A stretch of DNA of 64,000 bases, from the NCBI RefSeq assembly GCF_009914755.1, contig NC_060933.1; one strand, 5' to 3'. Below the pieces are notes generated by a model. The model was given only the letters and a program-made list of their open reading frames with translations. It did not search any database and had not been told where the DNA came from. The position numbers were made by a program, and so were the translations under genes. Source of the stretch: the human T2T-CHM13v2.0 reference genome, Homo sapiens. Positions 1-16,487 of this stretch are shown one piece after another; position 1 is the stretch's first letter, and each line of letters starts with the position of its first letter.

Positions 1-648
1 ACAAGGAGATGTGGACAGAGACCACACACAGACCACAGGACAATCATGTGAGGACACAGTAAGAAGGTGGCCATTGGCAAGGGAAGGAGAGAGGCCTCAG
101 AAGAGACCAAATGTGCTGATTCCTTGATCTTGGACTTCCAGCCTCCAAAACTGTGAGAAAAGAAATTTTTTATGGCTGCATAGTATTCCATGGTGTATAT
201 GTGCCACATTTTCTTAAAAATGATGAGTTCATGTCCTTTGTAGGGACATGGATGAAATTGGAAATCATCATTCTCAGTAAACTATCGCAAGAACAAAAAA
301 CCAAACACCGCATATTCTCACTCATAGGTGGGAATCGAACAGTGAGAACACATGGACACAGGAAGGGGAACATCACACTCTGGGGACTGTTGTGGGGTGG
401 GGGGAGGGGGGAGGGATAGCATTGGGAGATATACCTAATGCTAGATGACGAGTTAGTGGGTGCAGCACACCAGCATGGCACAGGTATACATATGTAACTA
501 ACCTGCACATTGTGCACATGTACCCTAAAACTTAAAGTATAATAATAATAAATAAACAAAGAAAGAAAGAAAGAAAAAAAGAAATTTATGTTACTTAAGC
601 CACTCAGTCTGTGGTATTTTGTTATGGCAGCCCTAGTAAACTAATACA
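1..648 (+). mobile_element. MLT1-type (MaLR) LTR, split by an L1 insertion at 169-576
   Basis: Typical MLT1 text ('ccttgatcttggacttccagcctccaaaactgtgagaaa') resumes after the L1 as 'ttaagccactcagtctgtggtattttgttatggcagccctagtaaactaataca'. Confidence 0.75.
169..576 (+). mobile_element. 5'-truncated, 5'-inverted L1PA2-like LINE-1 3' end
   Basis: Young L1 3'UTR with GAG at the diagnostic site (atgacGAGttagtggg), A-rich tail, inverted 5' segment about 166-215, TSD aaaagaaattt at 158-168 and 577-587. Confidence 0.9.
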
Positions 649-1256
649 AATATTTTTAGGGACAACAAACCATGGACTTTGTTATTCTAGTAAGATGACT
701 TTAGCACTATTACCTACTTCTACCTTGAAGTGGTAAAAAAAGGCAGTGAGAAGCATTTCCATGGAGTGTATAAATCGTGTCCCGTGAAACAGAATTAGCT
801 AATAAGGTTAACACCTGTCAGCTGTATATGATGCTGCGTCTCCAATCTCCATCCGGACAGCAAAGGGGAAGGCATGGACAGGAGACCTGCCTTCAGAAGA
901 GCAGCTGACAAAGGGGCCCACAGCCTGGGGATGGTGACGGCAGTAGCCCCCCGAGGCCTGGGATCCCACAGCACAATTGTGAAGGGAAAGTCTTACTTGC
1001 TGGGCCCAGATGTGTAATTTTCTCCCACCACTGTTTTTTTGTGAAAAATTCTTCTGAATACATAATTTTGCCCCTAAATAAACATGGTGTTGGACATTTT
1101 TCTGACTAGGAAGTTAGGATATTTGCTTTTCTAGCATCTTTATTAGGTGACTTTTTATGTTTGCAAAGTCACTCAGAAAAAACTTCATCCTCCCAACACC
1201 TCCCTGGACCACAGTCCCCACAAATGACATTGAACTCACAACATAAAGGAACTCAC

Positions 1257-1750
1257 CACTAGGTAAATAGGTGCTTGACTGTGATTTAACACCTGAATTA
1301 CTAAAATTGATGGCAATAATTATCCAAAGAAAAACAGCCAAGTGCAGCAGTAACGACAGCCTCTGAACTCTCTCCACATCTTCTTGTGGACAGCCTTTGA
1401 GCTCTCTCCATGTCTTCTCCGGGACAGCCTCTGAACTCTCTGCACGTCTTCTTGCAGACAGCGTCTGAGCTGTTTCCATGTCTTCTCCGGGACAGTCTCT
1501 GAGTTTCTGAGCTCTTTCCACGTCTTCTCCGGGACAGCCTCTGAACTCTCTCCACGTCTTCTCTGGGACAGCCTCTGAGCTCTCTCTTGTTTGGGACATC
1601 CTCTGAGCTCTCCACGTCTTCTCTGGGACAGCCTCTGAGCTCTTTCCACGTCTTCTCCGGGACAGCCTCTGTGCTGTCTCCACGTATCCTCCAGGACAGC
1701 CTCTGAGCTCCCTCCACATCTTCTCTGGGTCTCCTGTGGAGTCTGATCAC
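1257..1750 (-). ncRNA. FAM74A: FAM74A-family exon (lncRNA / putative 'protein FAM74A' ORF from 1719); splice donor at 1256-1255; rest of gene left of the window; paralogue not resolved
   Basis: ORF MWRELRGCPGG...LLLHLAVFLWIIIAINFSNSGVKSQSSTYLPSG matches the recalled FAM74A putative protein and ends at consensus donor G|GTGAGT. It lies about 9 kb downstream of SPATA31A, as in the known duplicon. The 5' end is approximate. Confidence 0.8.
1355..1729. repeat. 34-bp minisatellite, about 11 units
   Basis: Unit gacagcctctgagctctctccacgtcttctccgg starts at 1355, 1389, 1423, 1457, 1491, 1533, 1567, 1595, 1627, 1661 and 1695. Confidence 0.95.
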
Positions 1751-1922
1751 CTTTCAGTTAAGGCATCTCCTGTGAGCAGCCCAGTTGGCTACTCTGAGTT
1801 CTGGGGGTAGCTGTCCTTGGTTTCTCTGAATTGCCCAGAAACCAACCTTTCTGTTGCCCATCGTAGTGCCTACGTGGCTTAGCTGGAGCCCTATCCTGCT
1901 TTTGTTGCCCAACCAATGCCTA

Positions 1923-2442
1923 TGTGACAGAGCTAAATTCCCATTCAGCTTTAACTGCTTAGTTTTAGAAAACAGGATGTCTGGGGTCAGAAGTTCCTTC
2001 TTAGGACTAAACTGGCTGAAGCTGGCAAAATCCGCAATGGCAGCTTGACCTCTGAAAAACCTCTAGCTTCATTATGATCCAATTTCCATGCTAAACGACA
2101 CTCCCACTGGCACCTTGACAGTTGACAATCACCATGACAATGGCCAGAAGAGACCAAAAACAGGCAGAAAAGAGGTGGCTCTTTGATTCCAAAAAAACCT
2201 ACCTCCCTTCCCAAGAAAAGCTATGAATATTTCTCCCTTTCCTCTGTATACCCAGCCCCTTCATTAAGAATCCTCAGTTCTCAGGCTCTGAGAAGTTGAT
2301 TTGCAGGCTATGCTCCCACTTCTGCAATTCCATGGCCATTGAAAAAAGCCCACACTGTTTGATACTCACTCTCGGTTTGGTGTATTGGCTTCACACCAAA
2401 CAAGAAAGAGCTCCTTTAGGGGTAGTCAGGACCCTGATTATA
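1923..2442 (+). mobile_element. ERV1 solo LTR, MER41-like
   Basis: Starts with TG; contains 'acactcccactggcaccttgacagttgacaatcaccatgacaa', which resembles the MER41 core. Boundaries approximate. Confidence 0.55.
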
Positions 2443-2781
2443 TTCCCACATAGAAACTGTTCCCAGTCACTACTGGCACAGCAGAACACATAAACTGTCA
2501 GATGGCTCCATTTCAATGATTTGACTTGTAATTCTCAATTGTTTCTGTTCCTAAGATTTTAGGACTTTCTATCAACTCATAAAAAAAATCTTTAAAAAGG
2601 TAAGGCAACCTTCAAATCTAAGATGCTCAGCTTTAAACTAGTAAGTTCTTAAGGATGTTTTTTTTCCTCCAAGGAAACAATTCTCCTCTTTGCTGAGCAA
2701 TAATACAGGTTTTAATATTAAATAAGTACACAAAGTAAAAGAAACAGACAAAAATGTCTTCATAGCAAGGCTGTTAACAGA

Positions 2782-3094
<313 letters not shown>

Positions 3095-3697
3095 TAATAT
3101 ACGTAAAGAAAAAAGAAAAATTTTCAAATACTTGTTTAGATAAGTACTGATATTTAAAAAAACAACCAAGCCTAAATCCCTAGATTTACAATTTTTAAAA
3201 AATAAGAAAAGCAATGTAATTCGCAGAATAAAATCTTTTGGAGTAAAGTAATATAACTCTAACAAATTGGTAAATCTAGGCAAGAAATGACTTGCCCAAG
3301 TAACAGACCTAGTAGGTGGAGAGTTCATCTGACTCCAGAAACCACACTCTACAAAATAAACTTATTGACGTGAAGAATGTATATAATCTGTAACTGGTGT
3401 GAAATTGTGGCAGAAATACAAAGAGCCGTGGTCTTGCTCATGATGTTCAAAGGCAATATTTGAACTGAGGGATGGCTGTGTGAATTGAAGTGGTCACTGG
3501 AGAAACGTGGTTGAGATTGTGAACCATGGGGAACAGGGGGTGGTAATTCCGGATTTTCGGCATAGAGGAGAAAGAAAGAACTGCAAACATCATTACAGTG
3601 AAGGAGGGTGAGGCCCTCCGAAAACTGATTGCTTTTCACCAGAATCACTGATCCAGTGGGGGCAGCTGAAGCACGAAAATGATTAGAACCAGAGTGA

Positions 3698-4031
<334 letters not shown>

Positions 4032-4249
4032 GATGTCACCCACGTTTCTTAGGAAAGACGTTAGCATCCTCTAAATCCTCACCGACTGTGCCTGGCGCAG
4101 CATTATTTTGCAGTTTTCTGGGATTTACAGTTGGCATCATTTGCACAGCGGCAGCGTGACGTGGCTGTGGAGAGCACGGAAGCTCTGTCCCCACGGAAGT
4201 GGGCTCTTCTGGTTGCAACATGGTGGAGGCCAGCCCGGCCGCAGGTGAG

Positions 4250-4825
4250 GGAAGATGCCACAGCAAACCTCTGAGCAACCAAGATGACAAGCACCTGCTT
4301 GGAAAAGGTGACAAGCCACAAGGCCATAGGCCCAGTTATAAGGATGAATTGTGTTACACGAATGGTTATAAACCTGACCGACCTCAGAAGGTATATGGAG
4401 GAGGCAATTATCAAGCCCCTTGATGGTCTGTGGCTGGATGCACCATACTTTGCCAACGGTGTGAGCATGGCAGAGAATGTAGGTGTGTATATAGGGGAAA
4501 ACCTCCAGAAAGTTTTTTCTGTGGGAGTTCTTTGTAAAATAATAACAATGCAACTGGAATTATATTGCAATCTATAAAGGGAAATCACTCTTAGGGATCA
4601 ACATTGTAGAAAGACAACTTGTTTTTTGCTTCTTTGCTCAGTGTTAAGAAGTCATCACATCATTGTCACCCTCCCCACATTCTGTTCTGTAGTGCCCGAT
4701 TTGTTGAAAGCAGTATGAGGCCTGTTTTAAACATAAATCTATTCTAAATCTAAATTTGTAATACATTCTGAATGTCATTTAGACAGTCTTTTGCCTGGAG
4801 ATTAAAAATTACTTTATTTCTAGCA
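4250..4825 (+). pseudogene. PTSP1: Processed pseudogene of PTS (6-pyruvoyltetrahydropterin synthase), PTS-P1-like, including 3'UTR
   Basis: [28 protein letters not shown] aligns to PTS [28 protein letters not shown]. In the next frame [59 protein letters not shown] aligns to [64 protein letters not shown]. Intronless and frameshifted, with ATTAAA at 4801-4806. Confidence 0.9.
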
Positions 4826-5456
4826 AAGTGCTCTGACGTAAAATATTTTAACAACAAAGAAGATCTGTGTTTGTTGTTTTCTCCATTATCTAATTATTGA
4901 TATCCATTTCATCTGGGCACATATAAATGGTAAAAATATTTACAAGCTTTGAATTAGGTGAATCTAATTAAAAATAAAATATAGATGTTAATAGAGCCTG
5001 GAAATATTGTCAATATCTTTTTAATAGATTGAGCCCCGTTGATTATTTCTTCTGGGGTAAAGGCTCAAATTTATTCTGTGAAATTAGACACTCAAATCAT
5101 CTGAGGCAATATATGGCAGATGAATATACACTGATTGATGGAAATGTTGCTTTAATGCACATTGTTCATTGCAATTTTGCGTAGATTACTGAACTATGAA
5201 TTACTATTGAGGAACAGCACATTCAACGTGTCATAGCAATCAACTATTTAGTATGGACATTTTCTATGTTTCTAGATTTTCTGGCCACTCTGAGCAAATT
5301 TAAATCAAATGACTGAAGTATAATCACTTATTTTAACTCTGTTAAAACAGTCAACTTGAAAAGTATATTTTTCTGTATGAATTTTTTTTTTCTAATTGAC
5401 TCTATTTTGTTCTGATAACTAAACTTATTTAAGTTGCGCTGTTGAAAAAAACTATA

Positions 5457-5828
<372 letters not shown>

Positions 5829-6914
5829 TTACGATGCAGTGACATTATAAGGAAGTGGAAAAATTAAGTTAAAATTTTTTAATTATGATGAATATAGAAA
5901 GGGGATTTCTTGTTGAAACAAATAGGCTAAAAGAGCCTTGATGTCAGCTATGCCTCTCTTAGAGAAAAGACTGTGACCCTGTCATCCCGTTGGATAATCT
6001 AGTGATATGCTTTAACAGCTATTGTTAAAATAGATTTTACCAAGACAAGGACAACAGTTTGCTTATGAGCAATGAGAAGTAAGTAGTCTTACCAGAGTGC
6101 ACCCTTTGGAAAGTGCTGCGTATATAATTAGTGAGGCCATTCATAATTCATTTTTATTATACAAATGCTGATTAAATGTATACCTTCTTCCACTCAAATG
6201 TTAACGTGTCCCTTCCTCAATATATTTTATTAGGCTATGTATATATCTCAAGCATAGATTAATTTGTTTTGTAAGATTTCAAAACATTCCTTTTTTAGCC
6301 CTGTAATGAATATAAAATGGATCCCTACTGCCCATCTTAGAGAATGCGTGTTTCATAGAACTGTTTAAAAAATAAATCCTTTTAAATTGCCCATCTGCTT
6401 AAGCTATGTTTGTGGAACATTAGGACTAAGTCATGTCTGACAAACATGTGTCATACTACTATTTGAGGGCATTACTGCATTTTAAGGAATAAAATAATAT
6501 TATTAAGAAGTATAATTTTTCCAAGTGATACAATAAGAATATTGCTAGAGATTTGACCTATTTGTGAAAAATCTTTGCATGATTATTAGCTTGCTAAAAA
6601 TAAAATGAACTCTGCAAACGTGATCCAAGCTGTTCTGTATGAAATTATGTGCTAGTTGCACAGTCCCCTGGGAGACCAGTGTGAGTCCAGATGCCTCTTT
6701 GCTGGTTTGTTTCATTTCTGGGGTTCATTTTCTAGAGGTTTTTATCATATTTTCAAAGTACAGAAGTCAGGCATCTCAAATTCAAGTCTTGTCTCCCCCA
6801 AACTTTAAAAAATATATGACATTGATGTAATTTGGCTGGATAATAACAAACTGAACAAATAAGATATTTTCTTTCATTGAAGGTTGGTAACATTTTCTTC
6901 ACTTAAAAATTTTT

Positions 6915-7205
6915 GGTTGGGCACAGTGGCTCATGCCTATAATCTCAGCACTTTGGGAGGCCGAGGCGGGTGGATCACCGGAGGTCAGGAGTTCGAGTCC
7001 AGCTGGCCAACATGGTGAAACCCTGTCTCTACTAAAAATACAAAAATTAGCCGAGCATGGTAGTGCACACCTATAATCCCAGCTACTCAGGAGGCTGAAG
7101 CAGGAGAATCTCTTGAACTCCAGAGGCGGAGGTTGCAGTGAGCCAAGATTATCCCACTGGACTCCAGCCTGGGCGACAGAGCAAGACTCCATCTCAAAAA
7201 ATAAT
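6915..7205 (+). mobile_element. AluS
   Basis: Alu consensus. Confidence 0.95.
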
Positions 7206-7519
7206 TTAAAAAAATGAATTTTCTAAATTGTGGGTCAGAATTCAAGCTAATGGAAACCTGTGGAAGAAAGAATTTTGCAGGTCTGCCTGTGGAATCCATA
7301 ATTCTTTTCAGAGGCAGCGCTATTACAAAAAAAAAAAAAAAGTGTGAGGATGTCCCCAAGCAGAAAACCGCCTTCACTGCAATGCTGACAGTATCTGGGT
7401 GTCCCAGGGTTCCTGGGGAGTGCAACTGATATCCCGGCTGTGCTGCTACTGTGCTGAGTGGTTTTATATCCACTGAGAAGGACGTGTCAACAGGTGGCTG
7501 CTCAGGCCCCTAAAGAATG

Positions 7520-8600
7520 GATGGATGTGAGGTCTCTGTGAAGCCTCTGGGCCAGATCTCTGAGGAGTATCTGTGAGGGGCATCTCACCTATGGTGAGGA
7601 CGCTGTGTGAGCACTGCATGGGAGGCCTCAGTGCCAGGCTCCTGGTGAGAACTCTGAGTGAGGTCTCTGTGGAGCCTCAGTTTGAGGTTTCTGCGTGAGT
7701 TCTGTGTGGAAAGTCTCTAAGAAATCCGAGTCAGTTTCTGTATGAGGCCTGTGAGGCCACATGAGGTCTCTGTGGGAGGACTCCATGGGGCAGCAAGAGG
7801 GCTCCATTGCCCCTTGTGAGGCCTCTGTATGAGGCCTTTACAGAAGGTCTGTGTGGGAGGTATCTTCCAGAGGTCTCTGTGGGGTCTCTGTGGGAAGTCC
7901 CTGTGTGAAATCTCCGTGCTAGGTCTCTGTGTGAGGGACCATGGACTATATGAAGTCCCTGTGTGAGGACCCTGTGTGAGGACCCTGTGAAAGCCCTACA
8001 GAATCTCTGTGTGGAATGTTTGAGGGAATTCTATGTGAGAGGTTTCTGGGCAATGAGTGTGGAGCAACCTGAGGCCTGTGTGAGGAATCTATACAAGGTC
8101 TCTGTGGAGAGTGGGAGGTCTCCAGGCAAGGTCTCTGTGTGAGGAGGACTCTGAGAGAGGTCTCTGTGAGGCAGTGGGGGGTGCCGTGTGCCATTTCTGG
8201 GGCTGGAGGCCGGAGGTTGCAGTGAGCTGCATGAGTCTCTGCATGAGGTCCCTGTTTTATGACTCTGTGTGAAGTCTCTGAGGTCTTTGTGGGGTCTCTG
8301 TGTGAGATCTCCCTGTGAGAACCATGGAAGGTCTCTGACATTTGCGGGAGGTCTCTGTGGGACTGAGTGAAGTCTCTCAGCATGGCCTCTGTGGGGTTCT
8401 CTGGGTGAGGACTCTGGGAATCTCTGTGCTAGGTCTCTGTGGGGCACCATGAGGACTCTGAGAGCTCCGTGGGGTCTCTGTGGAGGCTGCAGTGTGTCTC
8501 TCTCTGTGGCAGTGAGAGGTCCCCGTGTGCTCACTCTGTACGAGATATCTCTGTGAGGTTCCTGTGGGAGGTCTCCGTGGGTCTCTCCATTGCTGGCCTC
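7520..8600. repeat. Degenerate satellite-like array of GAGGTCTCTGTG-type motifs
   Basis: Dozens of variants of (g)aggtctctgtg(t/g)g over about 1.1 kb, with strong G/T strand skew. Confidence 0.85.
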
Positions 8601-9595
8601 GCTGCATGTCATGGGAGACTGAGCTGCAGAAGGGCTAAGGAGTTGTTGTTTCCTGTGTTCTTGCTGGTCTCTCAGCGTTGCCTGTGGCGCTTCTCCTGGC
8701 CTGAGCCATGGGCTCCACGTCCAGCTCCTCCACATCCCAGAACTCGCGTCTTGGTTTCCTGAGGGAACCCAGCAGCAGCCAGGCATGGCCCATCCTCAGT
8801 GGTCAGGGTCCCAGCTCTGTGCCACACTCTCCTGAGCTCCCGGAGGACCGGGGCTGCTCTCTGCTCCAGGTCCCAGCTCCTCCTGCTGATCCTGGCTCCG
8901 CTGTCACCGCTGGGCCCACCTTGGAGGCTGCTTCAGTTATCCGGGCCCCAGAGAGGACCTGGCCCCAGGAGAAGCCACAGGCTGGGGACTGTGCCCACTG
9001 CCCCCTGCACCCCGGTGCCGGCCAGTCCCACATGTTGGGGGCAGGGCCATTTCCATTGTCATCTAGATCAGTGGCACTGCCTGGCACTGGCCTCTCCACC
9101 ATTGAAATGAGGCCCCCGGAAGTGGGCCTCTTGCACGCCTGTATGTGGCACAAGGCAGAGAAAACTCCCTCTAGAGACCTGGCTCCTCCTGTCCATGATT
9201 TGTGGAGACCTCCTGCTTTCCCATATGGACAGGGCCCAGAGAGGAGGAAAGCTGTGCTGAAAGCAGAGGGAGACAGCAGGGATGGCTCCTGTCCTGCCCA
9301 TACCCTGCCCATTCTGGACAGGTCACTTCCAGCTCCCTTGTATGTTCAAATCCTGCCTGCCTGCATCTTCCCTTGCTGGTCTCTGGGACAAGCAAGGATG
9401 TCAGGAGCCAGGGGAGATTTGCTGTGTGACCCCAGCTCAGCTGCTGGGCCCTTGTAAGTCGCCACCTTTCCCCAGGGAGCAGTCCTGGGGCTACGTGTAT
9501 ATTAAAGGTCACCAGACTTCGACTCATGCCTGGGGTTCTCTAGTCCTTGCTTTTCCACCTATTGTCAACACATCCTTTAAAAAATTCAATAGGTA

Positions 9596-9891
9596 GGCCA
9601 GGCGCCATGGCTCATGCCTGTAATCCTAGCTCTTTGGGAGGCTGAGGCCAGTAGATCACCTGAGGCAAGGAGTTCGAGGCCAGCCTGGCCAACATAGCAA
9701 AACCCCGTCTCTACTAAAAATATAAAAATTAGTCGGGCATGGTGGTGGGTGCCTATCATCTCAGCCACTTGGGAGGCTGAGGCAGAAGAATCGCTTGAAC
9801 CCAGGGGCCGGAGTTTGCAGTGAGCCAAGATTGCACTACTTCCCTCCAGCCTGGGCAAAACAGTGAAACTCTGTCTCAAAAAAAAAAAAAG
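9596..9891 (+). mobile_element. AluS
   Basis: Alu consensus with poly-A. Confidence 0.95.
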
Positions 9892-11176
9892 TTCAATAGA
9901 TTATTATGTGCAAGCTTATCGAAGATGTTAAGAAATTCATCTTCCTTATTCACTTTGCCTTCTCACTAATATGGCCCTCTGTGTTGGGGGTAAATGTGGT
10001 TTTTCTAGGGGTCTGTGATCTGGGAGCTGGAGCAGAGACAGACCCTGGGGTGTGGCCAGGATGAGACACTAGGCCCCTCTAGGCCTGTCTAAGGGGTTGG
10101 AATGTCAGAGTCTCCTGGCTCACGGCACCACTGATGGCTCCCTCACACACGCCACTTTGCCACCTTTTCAATTCTCTGTCTGCATCCCCTGTAGCTCTAC
10201 AGAGTCCCACCATCAGAAGCCTCTGCACACACAGGCATACCCTACTCCATTCACCCAGAACTACTTCACTGAAGCTGAGAGACATGTAGGTGAGATAGAC
10301 AAAGGCCGGTGACCCAGGAGCAGGGTCATTCACTCATCTGGGGCAGGGGAGTTCACGGCCCTCAGCAACCTCCATAAAGGCTGCCCCCCTGACCCCCTAG
10401 CCCCCACCTACACATGCACAGAGCTGGAAGGTCTGTCCCCACTGCCACTCCAGAGTGCGAGAAAGGGAGAGGCAGTGGGATGGGGACTCTCTGCTTTGCA
10501 TGTTGGCTGAGCTAAGAGAGCCCATCTCCATCCCAGCCTTTGTCAGGGAGAGAAGGGGCTTCCCAGGGGCAGACGTTATCTATTCTCCACCAGGATACCC
10601 AGGGTCAAGACTTCTCCCACTTCTAAACTCAGGGCCCAGCACTCTCCCACCCAAACTTCCACTATTTTGTGACACATGAAGGTACTCGGCTGTGGCACTT
10701 CCTGGAGCCTGCATGGAGATGTTCAGTCCCGTGACATCTCTGCAAACCTTCTCCCTACAGCTGCATGAAGTTTGAGGTAGAGTAAGTAGTGGAAAGATGG
10801 GTTGAACCTTATTTCAGAGTGGGACCTTCATAGGTTTTTCTCATCTTGTTTTTAGAATTTTTTGTTGTTTGTGTAAAGACGGTATTACGGAAACATAAGG
10901 TTCAGTGAAGGAACTCAGGATGAAGGTGGGCTTACAGCACCACTGTCAACATCCCTCCATGTCCTGTCACTTCTGGAAACCAAGCCCACACCAAGCATGG
11001 CACAAATAAAAGCCATCACCCTCTTATGAATAAAAAACCATATATATTGTGGAATATTAAATGTTCTGCATGTACTAACATGAGAGAAAATATTTTTTCT
11101 CTACATAGAGTGAATTTTTTCTTGGGGACTTGTTTTTCTCCAGGGAAGGCTAAAAAAGAATTTGTGACTGACCAAA

Positions 11177-15028
<3,852 letters not shown>

Positions 15029-15167
15029 CTACCCCTCGCCCCAGGGTTTTACTCCCATCCTCTGTCCCCCTGGTCTCCCCATCCCAGGTCAGCTCCAGGC
15101 TGCCTGTGGCCCTGGGGTCACGTCCCAGCCCTGGTAGGAAGGATGCAGGGAAGGGGAAGTGCCTCAC

Positions 15168-15228
15168 CTCTGCAGTTGTGAAAGCAGGTCCGAAGTCTCC
15201 TCCAGGCCTCTCGGGCACTCTCTACCAG
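15168..15228 (-). CDS. SPATA31A: SPATA31A coding exon 3 (61 nt)
   Basis: ttccAG|ctggtagagag...ctgcagag|GTgagg; encodes (A)GRECPRGLEETSDLLSQLQ(S). Confidence 0.93.
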
Positions 15229-15719
15229 CTGGAAATCAGGAGACTGGGTTAGGGCAGTGAGGGAGGGGCCTGGGTTCTCACAGGAGGCTGAGTGGCTGTT
15301 TCTTTAGGGAGGACCATGGGGAATTAGACCCTGGACCCCACCCATCTGTGTCCAAAGCCACATGACCCCGACGTTAATAGCAAGGCATGGAGGACAAGGC
15401 TTTTTCATTCACAAAGGGCTTCCACACACGGACCCCCCACCCCCACAGTCCTCACAACTGCCCTGTGGGGAGAAAGGACTGAGGTGGTCTCAAAGAGGAA
15501 TCAGCCTTAGCAGAGTTGGACAGCTGTTCCCAGGGAGCGGGAGGCCCCCTCACCCCCCTCCGCATCCAGGCAGGCATTGGTCTCCCCAGGACACACACAC
15601 TGCCCCCTGCTGGGTAACGCCCAGTCCCTGGCCCACCATGGCTTCATTCCCGCATGGAATCTGAGAAGGACCCGGGGTTCTGATTTCCTTCCTAGGAGCC
15701 CCCACCTCAGGCTTCTTCA

Positions 15720-15983
<264 letters not shown>

Positions 15984-16095
15984 TCAGGAACCGCATGGCT
16001 CTCTCTGTCTTGCTCAGGGAGCTCTGTGTGCTTCCTCCCACTCTTGTTTAAATGGATGATAAACTGCTTTTCTTCTTAGAAAAACAGCAAGAGGG

Positions 16096-16445
16096 GGCTG
16101 GGCGTGGTAGCTCACGCCTATAATCCAAGCACTTTGGGAGGCCAAGGTGGGTTGATCACCTGAGGTCAGGAGTTTGAGACCAGCCTGGCCATGGTGAAAC
16201 CCCGTGTCTACTAAAAATACAAAAATTAGGCAGGCATGGTGGTGGGCGCCTGTAATCCCCAGCTATTCAGGACTCTAAGACAGGAGAATCGCTTGAACTC
16301 AGGAAGCAGAGGTTGCAGTGAGCCGATATCACTCCATTTCACTGCAACCTGCACCACAGAGCGAGACTCCATCTCAAAAAATAAAATAAAATAAAATAAA
16401 ATAAAATAAAATAAAATAAAAATAACACACACAAATAAAATAAAA

Positions 16446-16484
<39 letters not shown>
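16096..16484 (+). mobile_element. AluS in SPATA31A intron 1, with (AAATA)n and (CA)n tail microsatellites
   Basis: Alu consensus to about 16380, then aaata repeats and a CA run to 16483. Confidence 0.95.

Positions 16485-16487
<3 letters not shown>

Noticed and set aside
1355-1729. CRISPR-like regular repeats
   Set aside because: Head-to-tail minisatellite with no unique spacers, no cas genes, and a primate genomic context.
4036-4588. Minus-strand ORFs of 92-161 aa
   Set aside because: Antisense shadows of the PTS pseudogene and its flank; no recognisable protein.
7946-8786. 145-251-aa HRD-rich ORFs
   Set aside because: Products of the degenerate repeat array.
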